Assembly (NCBI GenBank): GCA_964010765.1
Contig: CAXGMD010000037.1
Span: 1 to 32,816, forward strand
Reading direction: 5' to 3'
DNA length: 32,816 nucleotides
Origin: an uncultured bacterium
GTDB taxonomy: Bacteria > SAR324 > NAC60-12
In this document: positions 9,303 through 17,891 of the stretch, piece after piece
Layout: each line of letters opens with the position of its first letter
Numbering within the stretch: position 1 is the stretch's first letter
Translations under genes and position numbers: made by a program
The notes under the pieces: generated by a model
Seen by the model: only the letters and a program-made list of their open reading frames with translations
What the model was told of the DNA's origin: nothing
Database searches by the model: none

Positions 9303-9715
9303 TATTTGGTCTCACTGATGGCAGTTTTAAGCATCCGGAACTGATGAGAGAGCATCCGAATCGATGCATTGTACATCAGTTGGTTCTCAGCCATCTTGGC
9401 CATTTCTTTGTCCAGATCGACCGTATTTCCATCAAAGTCAGCGAAGGGAGTCGCACTACGAATTCGCTGTCCTTCGACCGTATCCAGCAAGGGCGCATCG
9501 TTTCCATCCAGATGCCGCTCATCTGTTACTTTCAATGGACCTGGTGTCTCTGCTTCTAGAGCTGCCACTAAAGAATTCTCGAATACTAAATCTTCAGCTT
9601 GGTAGCCGGGGGTATCCAAGTTCGCAACGTTCGAAGAGAGCAGTTTGTGTCGTTCGGTACGCAGATCTAAAGTCTTCTGCGCAAGTAATTGGGCGGTATC
9701 GTTGAACAAAGACAT
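9302..9715 (-). CDS. flgB: Flagellar basal-body rod protein FlgB
   Basis: RHKLLSSNVANLDTPGYQAEDL, DGNTVDLDKEM..MAENQLMY; GAGGAG RBS; stop overlaps flgC start. Confidence 0.97.
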   Translation of the reverse strand: MSLFNDTAQLLAQKTLDLRTERHKLLSSNVANLDTPGYQAEDLVFENSLVAALEAETPGPLKVTDERHLDGNDAPLLDTVEGQRIRSATPFADFDGNTVDLDKEMAKMAENQLMYNASIRMLSHQFRMLKTAISETK

Positions 9716-9755
9716 GAATTACTCCTCACGGGCTGAAAAAAGCTTAAAAATTGGA

Positions 9756-9771
9756 TGCAATTCCAAGACCA
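9756..9771 (-). promoter_or_regulatory. Putative sigma54 (-24/-12) promoter for the flgB operon
   Basis: Minus strand TGGTCT-TGGAA-TTGCA, exact GG-N10-GC spacing, about 40 bp upstream of the flgB ATG. Confidence 0.7.
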
Positions 9772-10273
9772 GCATCTGAACCCACTCCGCTTTGTTTCTG
9801 ACTTAGCTGACATTATCAAATAGCAGGAACACCATTGCTTTTAAGTCTCATCAAACAAAAAGTTGAGGGGCACTCAAGCCTCTTGATCAGAGGATACCAT
9901 GACCAAAACTACGCGATTACTCTATGCCTATTCCTCAATGAGCTATTCAAACTGTGATTGAGCAAAAAGTACTGGCTATGGCAGATTCACAACTAAATAG
10001 AATCGCACTCCTAAACTGTCATTTCAATTGCGGACAATTGGAATTTTCTCCAGCTTTCCGAATGATGTAGGGTTGACATAAGATTAAACATATTTTTAAT
10101 CGAATAGTCTCGGAAATTGTGCTTTCGACGAGGGTTCTGCTTTGTAGAAGAGTGACCCTTCTATTGAGACGCTGGCAAACTCTTTCACTTGTATTAGGTC
10201 TTTCTATCGCTTGGGTATGCACGAGGATATCGGCAGAAAACCCTGTGGAAAACCCACTAATTACCAACCATAT

Positions 10274-13200
10274 TCAAACAGCGTAGGTAAATAGGGCGGC
10301 TTGCTCTTTCCACAACTCCTCAAGTTCATCCATCATTCTTGGATTCAACTGAACCTGCATTGGGGTTTGGATCATTACAGAGGCATCACTCTCTGTTTTG
10401 ACACGAAAGTGGACCTTCTGGGATCCTTGGTACTTTTGAAATATACCACGCAGATGGCGCAACTGCTCCGGAGGCATTCGTTCCTGGTCAATACAGATCG
10501 TCATACTTAGTGCTTTTTCAGAGCGAACCTGACTGAGTAATTCCAAGCGATCTGCTACCAAACCAAACTCATCATCCCGAAAACTGATGCGCCCACTGAC
10601 AAGCAGCGGTTCATCCATTTCAAGCAGATGTCCGTAGTCGTTATAGATTCGACTATAAATTGGCAGTTCCAGAATACCTCTCAAGTCTTCGAGACGGACA
10701 ATAGCAAATTTTTCAGAGTTCTTTGTCAATCGAATGGTCTTCTCAACGACAATTCCAGCTACGGAGACATTGTCTCCTTCTTTGTGAATACCGGTAAGAA
10801 TATCGGCAGAACTGGTTGCCAAAGCTTTAACATCAGAAGCATATTGATCCAGAGGATGACCAGAGACATAAAATCCCAGAGCCTCCTTCTCTAATCTAAG
10901 CCTTTCTTTCAGGGACCAGTCGCGAATGTCTGGCAACTCCAGTTGTGTTTCGGTTTGACGTGCCTCTGACTCATCCATCAGATCGAATAGTGATTGCTGT
11001 GAGCCATCTTCTGCGCGTTGGAACTCCTGGGCTAAATGGATTGCGTGATCCAGCACGTTGAGTAGTTGAGCCCGGTTAGGATGAAAAGAATCAAACGCTC
11101 CACACTTGACCAGTGTTTCAAGCATCCGCTTATTCATCCGATTGAAATCCAAAATTTTCAAAAACTCCATAAAGTCACTGATTTCTTCAACTTCCTGGCG
11201 AGCTTCAACCAACGCATCAACGGCATTGCCCCCAACATTCTTGACTGCATTCAAGCCAAAACGCACTGCTTCAATCCGGGCCTCTCGTCGCAGAAATCTT
11301 CGAATCGGAGATAGCTCTCCAGAATTTGCAGTGGTTTGAAGTTCAACCTGAAGTTGTGGGAGAATTTTGGATTCGGCAGAATCCAAAGTCTTTTTCAGGA
11401 CTTCCATCTGGGTCTGTAGCGCCTGTAGAAACTCCAATTCCGTTCCAAAGTCTTTTTCGAGCATAGGAGTGAGGAGGTGTCGCAGTACGTTTCGAATAGG
11501 CTCTGCGCTGTTCATCGACTGGAATTGCTCCAAGTGAAGTAGAGTACGCTTGTGTACACGATATCCTTGACGAGTGACCGTAAACTGCTTACGCCCTTCA
11601 CGAACATCTGGAGGCAATACCCGAATCCTCATTTCTTTGCATTCGCCGATAAAATTGACGATCTTGTCTGGGTTAGTGATGCTGGAGTTCAGCACTGCTG
11701 CCATGAACTGCACAGGGTAGTGAGCCTTTAGGTAGGCGGTCTGATAAGAAATCAGACCATAAGCTACGGTGTGAGACTTGTTAAAACCATAGCCCGAAAA
11801 GTAATCGATCAAGTCAAAAATCTCGTTCGCTTTCTCCTCTGGGCTCATCCCACGAGGTACCCCCTCAACAAATTCTGGATTTGCACAACAGCCCTCAACA
11901 AACTTTTGACGCTGCTCAGCCAACACCTCCGGAATCTTCTTGCCAATCGCTCGACGCAACAAATCAGATTGTCCCAGAGTAAACTTGGCAAGTACTTGTA
12001 CTCCCTGCATGATCTGCTCTTGGTAAACCATTACGCCATAGGTTTCCTTGAGGATTTCTGCCATCAAGGGGTGGGGATAGACCACCTTCTTTCGCCCATG
12101 TTTACATTCAACAAAGTCTTCAACCATCCCAGATCCCAGAGGACCTGGTCGATATAATGCCAAAATAGCGACAATATCTTCAAAGACAGAGGGACGCATA
12201 TCGAGCAGTAGTTTTTTCATTCCAGAAGATTCCAACTGGAAAACCCCAGTTGTGTCCGCTCGACAGAATAGTTCAAAGGTAAGTTCGTCATCCATCGGAA
12301 TCTTATTTAGATCCAGTTGCTCTTTCTCGGTGCGGTTGCGATTGATCAATTCCAGAGCTTTGTCAATAACCGAAAGGTTGAGTAGGCCAAGAAAGTCAAA
12401 TTTGACCGCTCCCTGATCCTCAGCGTATTTCATTGCAAACATCGACTGCACAGTGTTGTCTTTGCCTGTACAAACAGGCATCACCTCACGGATATCCTGA
12501 TCCATGATGATCACTCCCGCAGCGTGAGTACCAAGATGTGTGCTGAGATTTTCCAAGGATTTGCTTAACCGAATCAACTTCTGCTCGTTTTCTGTTCCTT
12601 CGCGCTCCATCCGAGCTAGTTCAGGTTCCTTATCAATGGCATCCTGCAGACTGATATTGAGTTCGTTGGGGACTAACTTGGCAATCTTATCAGCTTCTGA
12701 AAATGGAAAATCCATTACCCTTGCGACACCCCTGACAACAGCTTTGGCCTTGAGCGAACCAAAGGTCGAGATCTGGCAAACTTTTTCCGAACCGTACGTC
12801 TCACGTACATGTTCGATCACGCTATCCCTACCCTCAACATCAAAGTCGATATCGAAATCGGGCATGCTGATACGATCTGGGTTGAGAAATCGCTCAAATA
12901 GCAAACCATAGCGTAGCGGATCAACATCCGTGATGCGCAAAGCGTAGGCAACCAGTGATCCGGCTCCAGAACCACGACCTGGTCCCACAGACACTCCGTT
13001 GTCCTTAGCCCAATTGATAAATTCCGCAACAATCAGGAAATAGCCCGGAAACTTCATCTGATTGATGACTCTCAATTCAAAGCTAAGCCGCTCATCGTAG
13101 GATTTACGGAATTCCTCAAATGGCTCAGAAGATTGATAAAGCTCATGTAGAATCTTTAACCGCTGTTCCAAGCCTGTGTGGGATTCATACTCCAACCAAC

Positions 13201-14092
13201 TATCCAGGGTGTAACCCTGAGGAATCTCAAACTGTGGTAGGTAGTAAGTACTATTATCCAACGAGAGCTCGCAGCTAGCCGCGATCGTGGCGGTATTCTC
13301 CAATGCTTCGAGTGGCAGACCACTCGACATAAAAGTCTCCTGCATCTCTGCTTCGGTCTTGAGATAGCACTGATCCGTTAGCATCTGGGGGGCATCACGA
13401 TCTGTCACCTTGCGCTGCATGCCCATCAATCGGAGGATATGCTGGGCCTCAGCTTCTTCGGCATTCAAATAGAAACAGTTGTTCGTGCCTACCAAAGGCA
13501 AGCCCACATTTCCAGCGAGCTGCATTAATCCCTGGTTCACCTCCTCTTGTTCAGCAAGTCCCGTATTCTGAAGTTCCAGGTAGTAGCGACCTGGGAACAG
13601 ATCTGCATACCACTGTGCTAGTTGACGAGCATCGTCCAAGCGACCATTGAGGATACGGCTACCTAATTCTCCCTCCACTCCACCACTCAGGACAATCAGT
13701 CCTTCTCGGTAGCGCTCTAGTAGTATATGGTCAATCAAAGGGACGCCTCGCCGCTTTCCATCCGTGAACCCAAGACTCGCTAGGTAGGTTAGGTTTTGGT
13801 ATCCCTGTCGATTCTGGCAAAGCAACTGCGTGTGAAAGTAGCGCAAATTGGCGTTTGGATCCGGATGTTCTGCAAGTGGAACTTCACTCACAAAGGCTCC
13901 CAAACCAATCAAGGGTTTTAAATTTTCCTTCTCAAGAGCCTGGTAGAACTCAACAGCACCGAAAAGATTGCCGTGATCAGTGATGGCACAGGCGTTAAAA
14001 CCTCGCTCTTTCAAGACCTTTGCGAGCTGCTTGACGCGAATAGCGCCTTCAAGTAGCGAGTACTGGGTATGTAGATGCAGGTGTGTGAACAT
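10274..14092 (-). CDS. dnaE: DNA polymerase III alpha subunit
   Basis: MFTHLHLHTQYSLLEG PHP start (ATG 14092), GPGRGSGAGSLVAYAL, FERFLNPDRISMPDFDIDF, KFDFLGL, GYGFNKSH, LGFYVSGHPL, C-terminal OB fold. Confidence 0.98.
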   Translation of the reverse strand: MFTHLHLHTQYSLLEGAIRVKQLAKVLKERGFNACAITDHGNLFGAVEFYQALEKENLKPLIGLGAFVSEVPLAEHPDPNANLRYFHTQLLCQNRQGYQNLTYLASLGFTDGKRRGVPLIDHILLERYREGLIVLSGGVEGELGSRILNGRLDDARQLAQWYADLFPGRYYLELQNTGLAEQEEVNQGLMQLAGNVGLPLVGTNNCFYLNAEEAEAQHILRLMGMQRKVTDRDAPQMLTDQCYLKTEAEMQETFMSSGLPLEALENTATIAASCELSLDNSTYYLPQFEIPQGYTLDSWLEYESHTGLEQRLKILHELYQSSEPFEEFRKSYDERLSFELRVINQMKFPGYFLIVAEFINWAKDNGVSVGPGRGSGAGSLVAYALRITDVDPLRYGLLFERFLNPDRISMPDFDIDFDVEGRDSVIEHVRETYGSEKVCQISTFGSLKAKAVVRGVARVMDFPFSEADKIAKLVPNELNISLQDAIDKEPELARMEREGTENEQKLIRLSKSLENLSTHLGTHAAGVIIMDQDIREVMPVCTGKDNTVQSMFAMKYAEDQGAVKFDFLGLLNLSVIDKALELINRNRTEKEQLDLNKIPMDDELTFELFCRADTTGVFQLESSGMKKLLLDMRPSVFEDIVAILALYRPGPLGSGMVEDFVECKHGRKKVVYPHPLMAEILKETYGVMVYQEQIMQGVQVLAKFTLGQSDLLRRAIGKKIPEVLAEQRQKFVEGCCANPEFVEGVPRGMSPEEKANEIFDLIDYFSGYGFNKSHTVAYGLISYQTAYLKAHYPVQFMAAVLNSSITNPDKIVNFIGECKEMRIRVLPPDVREGRKQFTVTRQGYRVHKRTLLHLEQFQSMNSAEPIRNVLRHLLTPMLEKDFGTELEFLQALQTQMEVLKKTLDSAESKILPQLQVELQTTANSGELSPIRRFLRREARIEAVRFGLNAVKNVGGNAVDALVEARQEVEEISDFMEFLKILDFNRMNKRMLETLVKCGAFDSFHPNRAQLLNVLDHAIHLAQEFQRAEDGSQQSLFDLMDESEARQTETQLELPDIRDWSLKERLRLEKEALGFYVSGHPLDQYASDVKALATSSADILTGIHKEGDNVSVAGIVVEKTIRLTKNSEKFAIVRLEDLRGILELPIYSRIYNDYGHLLEMDEPLLVSGRISFRDDEFGLVADRLELLSQVRSEKALSMTICIDQERMPPEQLRHLRGIFQKYQGSQKVHFRVKTESDASVMIQTPMQVQLNPRMMDELEELWKEQAALFTYAV

Positions 14093-14121
14093 GGGGAACT
14101 GCTGCTGCAGGATTGACAAAG

Positions 14122-14150
14122 AGGATGGAATGGCTCCCAAGTCTTGTCAA
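14122..14150 (-). promoter_or_regulatory. Possible sigma70 promoter for dnaE
   Basis: Minus strand TTGACA-N17-CATCCT ending 30 bp upstream of the ATG; -35 perfect, -10 weak. Confidence 0.35.
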
Positions 14151-14257
14151 AAAAGGGGTCTGGTGCAAGGCAGTTTGTTGATACCAGCGCGAAAAGAGGG
14201 CGTTGAACTTCTTCTAGGTCTGAAGAATTCGCGGAAGGATTGTACCGATGAAATGCG

Positions 14258-14287
14258 CTTGGCCACCCATCATCCAGAGTAACCAAG
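14258..14287 (-). terminator. Hairpin just downstream of ahcY (possible terminator or processing stem)
   Basis: Minus strand CTTGGTTACTC-N8-GGGTGGCCAAG, 11-bp stem including G-U pairs; only a weak U-tract follows. Confidence 0.3.
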
Positions 14288-14303
14288 CAGGGAGACGGAA
14301 GAC

Positions 14304-15605
14304 TTAGTAGCGATAGTGTGAAGGTTTAAATGGACCTTCTGCTGAGACACTCATGTACTCCGCTTGTTGTGGTGTGAGTTCAGTGAGTTTGACCCCAAGC
14401 TTACTCAAGTGCAAACGTGCTACTTTCTCATCTAATTGCTTAGGCAGAACATAGACCTGATTTTCGTATTTTTCATTGTTCTGCCAGAGTTCGATCTGGG
14501 CCAACACTTGATTGGTAAAACTTGCAGACATCACGAAAGAGGGATGTCCTGTCGCACAACCCAGGTTCACTAGGCGCCCCTCAGCCAATAGGATGATACG
14601 CTTGCCATCTGGCCATTCGTACTGATCTACTTGGGGTTGTACATTGATCTTCTTAATATGAGGGTCCTGATTGAGCGACTGCACATCAATCTCAATGTCA
14701 AAATGACCAATGTTGCAGACAATTGTATTATCTTTCATAGCATCTAGGTGTTCTCGACGAATGATATCGCAGCAACCGGTAGTTGTAACGAAGATATCCC
14801 CTCGTGAGACAGCATCTTCCATAGTAGTCACTTCGAAGCCCTCCATCGCCGCTTGCAAAGCACAAATTGGATCGATCTCCGTGACGATCACACGAGCACC
14901 TTGAGCCCTGAGTGACTGAGCACTTCCTTTACCTACATCCCCGTAACCCGCGACGACGGCAACCTTGCCTGCGATCATGACGTCTGTAGCTCGCTTGATT
15001 CCATCCAACAGTGATTCACGGCAACCGTATAGGTTATCGAATTTGCTCTTGGTCACCGCATCATTGACATTGATTGCGGGGATACGAAGTTTGCCTGCCT
15101 GAGACATCTTATACAAGCTGTGCACACCCGTTGTAGTTTCTTCAGAAACTCCTCGAATTTTATCCAACAGATGTGGAGCTTTCTCATGCACGTAGCCCGT
15201 CAGGTCACCACCATCGTCCAGCAACATATTGGGCCCATCGCCTCCTGGCCACTTGAGCGTCTGCTCCAGACACCACCAATATTCTTCCTCAGTTTCTCCC
15301 TTCCAAGCAAAAACGGGAATCCCTTGTGCGGCAATCGCTGCCGCTGCTTCGTCCTGGGTTGAGAAAATATTGCAGGAAGACCAACGAACCTCTGCTCCAA
15401 GAGCAATCAGCGTCTCAATCAAAACGGCTGTTTCCATCGTCATATGCAGCGAACCCGTGATTTTTGCCCCAGCCAGAGGCTTGGATTCTTCATATTCTTT
15501 GCGTAATGCCATTAATCCTGGCATTTCATTTTCCCAAATGGTTATTTTTTTGCGTCCCCAGTCGGCCAAAGACAAATTCGCAATTTTGTAGTCAGTAAAT
15601 GCCAT
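14304..15605 (-). CDS. ahcY: S-adenosylhomocysteine hydrolase
   Basis: [68 protein letters not shown]. Confidence 0.98.
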   Translation of the reverse strand: MAFTDYKIANLSLADWGRKKITIWENEMPGLMALRKEYEESKPLAGAKITGSLHMTMETAVLIETLIALGAEVRWSSCNIFSTQDEAAAAIAAQGIPVFAWKGETEEEYWWCLEQTLKWPGGDGPNMLLDDGGDLTGYVHEKAPHLLDKIRGVSEETTTGVHSLYKMSQAGKLRIPAINVNDAVTKSKFDNLYGCRESLLDGIKRATDVMIAGKVAVVAGYGDVGKGSAQSLRAQGARVIVTEIDPICALQAAMEGFEVTTMEDAVSRGDIFVTTTGCCDIIRREHLDAMKDNTIVCNIGHFDIEIDVQSLNQDPHIKKINVQPQVDQYEWPDGKRIILLAEGRLVNLGCATGHPSFVMSASFTNQVLAQIELWQNNEKYENQVYVLPKQLDEKVARLHLSKLGVKLTELTPQQAEYMSVSAEGPFKPSHYRY

Positions 15606-15766
15606 GCTTCATCCTTTTTTGGTGTGAGCCCGGTAATTTTCTCCGCAGTCTTCTCTTTACACATAGAAAAAAGATTAAATTGCGTAGAAAGAGACCAAAG
15701 CACAAGCCTTTTCATCACTACATACGCATACAGTGATTTGTGATGAAATAAAAAATTTCAATGATC

Positions 15767-15781
15767 TGGCACTTGAAATGC
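15767..15781 (+). promoter_or_regulatory. Putative sigma54 promoter for the sensor kinase
   Basis: TGGCAC-TTGAA-ATGC: perfect -24 box, GG-N10-GC spacing, about 70 bp upstream of the ORF start. Confidence 0.6.
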
Positions 15782-15849
15782 GATCATAGTTGGGCTAGTA
15801 CTTTCGGTTATTCTTGTTGAATGGATGCAACAGAATCTGAATTTCAAAT

Positions 15850-17448
15850 ATGTTATCACGATCTCTCCGATCAAAGGGCAGGAAGCTCCTCTCCCCATCT
15901 CAACGTCGCAAACCAATACGCCCTCGTCCTGAGAGACGTTTGGGAACCCGCCGACTGAGAAAATTACCGCTTTCACTGTTGGCAGCAGTAATCTTTGCGC
16001 TTTCCTTGTCTCTACAGTTGGCTTTTTTCACTTGGGAACCTGCACAACCGAGCCTACCAGTCTCTCAATTGACTGCACTGAACAAACTCGTACAGCAGAT
16101 CAATCAGTTGCTGGGACAAGATGAACCGACCAAGCAACTTGCAATTCAAGATCTGCTGGACCAAGAGGTTCAGGGTGCTGTTCAATTGCTTTACTTGGAT
16201 CGCCAGGTCAAGCAGTCGCAGGTCAGCCTCCCTGATCTACCGCCCCACCAAGTCTTTCAGCCACTCGATGACTCACAAATTCTGCTAACCTTGCCAGTTG
16301 GTCTAGATAAGGTCCGTGGCCTGTTAGTTGTCCGACAAAAAGTACCCCCACCTCCTCCACCAGATTGGTTAGCGGCAATGCTACTGAGCGGGGCGATAGC
16401 TGTTGCCTCGATAGCTTTGGTACTCTGGTTAAAAACCAGCAACACAATGGGTCAGATTGACCTCCTATGTCGACAATTTCTTCGCTATCGACGAGAAAAT
16501 GAAACACAGGAGATGGAGTTTCCAACGACCAGTCGACGCCCTAGCGAATTGGAACTACGAGTCGCAGTTCTACAAGATTTGTGGATGAAGTTTCAGAATG
16601 TTCAGGTGGAATTAAAAGAAAATGTCGATGCTCTTGAACAATCCAAGCAACAACTGGAAAACACCATTGAAGACTTGAGGAAAGCCAAGCAGCAAGAACA
16701 ACGTTTGATTGAATTGGGGTATGCCGTTGCGGAATTTGGCCACGATATTGGTAACGCCAACGGATCCATCATGAGTTATTCCTCTCTGGTTCTTCAGCAG
16801 TTGGATAAGCCCACACTTGAACCAATGGAAGTGGCCCGTGCGTTAGTACATATTCGTAAGATTGAATTGGCCTCAAAAAATGTTGCTGGTCTCACAGAAG
16901 ATATTCTTGAGTTCGCTCGTGGAAAAATGCAGCTCAACAAGACTCAGCACCAGGTTGAAGATTTCATTACTCAGCTAGAGGTTTATCTTGGTTTTGCTGA
17001 GGATATGGACATTCAATACAAATATCCTAAGAATATCCACGCAAGGCTGGAATTTGATGGCCGTAAGATTAGTCGCGTACTAATCAATCTGGTGAAGAAT
17101 GCTTGGGAAAAACTCAGAGAGCAAGAAGGAGGAAGCATCACGGTGATGCTGCATCAGGAACGTAGAAATCTATTGATTCGGGTCAGAGATAACGGAGCAC
17201 CGATTCCTACACAAGTTCTGCCGGTAATTTTTCATTCTTTCCAAACAGAAGGCAAAGAAAAGGGGACGGGGCTTGGACTAGCAATCAGCAAGAAAATGGT
17301 AGAAGCACACGGAGGAGAGATTCGTGCAGAGAATCTAGAGGCTGGAGGCGTCCAGTTTGAAATCTGGCTACCAGATGCATATCAAACGACTTCAACAAAT
17401 TCTCCGGCAGGGTCCGATGAAACCCTGCCACAGGCTGCCAACTACTGA
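15850..17448 (+). CDS. Membrane-bound sensor histidine kinase (orphan)
   Basis: Two TM segments, coiled coil, H-box AEFGHDIGN, N-box VLINLVKNA, G1 DNGAPIP, F-box IFHSFQT, G2 GTGLGLAISKKMVEAHGG. Confidence 0.92.
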   Translation: MLSRSLRSKGRKLLSPSQRRKPIRPRPERRLGTRRLRKLPLSLLAAVIFALSLSLQLAFFTWEPAQPSLPVSQLTALNKLVQQINQLLGQDEPTKQLAIQDLLDQEVQGAVQLLYLDRQVKQSQVSLPDLPPHQVFQPLDDSQILLTLPVGLDKVRGLLVVRQKVPPPPPPDWLAAMLLSGAIAVASIALVLWLKTSNTMGQIDLLCRQFLRYRRENETQEMEFPTTSRRPSELELRVAVLQDLWMKFQNVQVELKENVDALEQSKQQLENTIEDLRKAKQQEQRLIELGYAVAEFGHDIGNANGSIMSYSSLVLQQLDKPTLEPMEVARALVHIRKIELASKNVAGLTEDILEFARGKMQLNKTQHQVEDFITQLEVYLGFAEDMDIQYKYPKNIHARLEFDGRKISRVLINLVKNAWEKLREQEGGSITVMLHQERRNLLIRVRDNGAPIPTQVLPVIFHSFQTEGKEKGTGLGLAISKKMVEAHGGEIRAENLEAGGVQFEIWLPDAYQTTSTNSPAGSDETLPQAANY

Positions 17449-17451
17449 AGT

Positions 17452-17652
17452 TCAGGCGAGGGCTAACCACTCAGAGGGACTAATTTCTCGGTCGAACTGA
17501 TAGGCTGGGTGCTGACGCTCTGGCTCTTGAGCCAGCATGGACTCAACACCTTCCATGAAGGACTGCACAGCGCTGTTTACGCGGCTATCAAAATCTGCGG
17601 ATTGAATTCGCATTTCCAGACTATCTTCAAAAACGAGGTTGCTGATCAGCAT
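17452..17652 (-). CDS. Small hypothetical protein (66 aa), candidate sigma28-regulated
   Basis: ATG at 17652 preceded by AGGAG; MLISNLVFEDSLEMRIQSADFDSRVNSAVQSFMEGVESML...SEWLALA; fills the gap between two plus-strand genes. Confidence 0.7.
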   Translation of the reverse strand: MLISNLVFEDSLEMRIQSADFDSRVNSAVQSFMEGVESMLAQEPERQHPAYQFDREISPSEWLALA

Positions 17653-17750
17653 GGGAACTCCTGAGGAAGCAATGGAAGAAAAGAAGGGAGATTTCAATTC
17701 GTCTCCACAGAGAGACGGGGTTAGCTCCCACAATTAACTTGTTGCTACTG

Positions 17751-17777
17751 TTATCGGTTCCCGATTGCCAAACTTTA
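17751..17777 (-). promoter_or_regulatory. Putative sigma28 (FliA) promoter
   Basis: Minus strand TAAAGTTT-N11-ACCGATAA versus consensus TAAAGTTT-N11-GCCGATAA (15/16 match, exact spacing). Confidence 0.8.
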
Positions 17778-17891
17778 GGAAAAAAAGCACGTATCTTGAA
17801 TTTTTTCGGCAACGTGCCAAAAAACTAAGTCGCTTTGCCTAACTTTTCTCAAAGCTGCAACAGGCGAACCATTCATTTTGAGGAATCCCTG

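Noticed and set aside
3562..9715. Non-flagellar type III injectisome
   Set aside because: FlgB, FlgC, FliE and a full-length FliF are flagellum-specific; no secretin or needle genes in the window
10071..10100. dif-like site (minus strand TTATGTCAACC resembles a XerD arm)
   Set aside because: The partner arm 6 bp away lacks the ATAA needed for a XerC half-site
10019..10267. 82-aa ORF downstream of dnaE
   Set aside because: No RBS or recognisable protein features; probably spurious
10244..10314. DnaA boxes / replication origin (TGTGGAAAA at 10244-10252, near-match CTTTCCACA inside the dnaE end)
   Set aside because: Only one consensus box, with no cluster and no dnaA/dnaN context; expected by chance
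11270..11575. Intein in dnaE
   Set aside because: No N-terminal Cys/Ser block, no His-Asn C-terminus, and no LAGLIDADG or HNH motifs
15606..15700. SAH riboswitch upstream of ahcY
   Set aside because: The position is suggestive and a GCTCAC is present, but the GAGGAGCG/CAGGCTC core and P1 pairing are not evident
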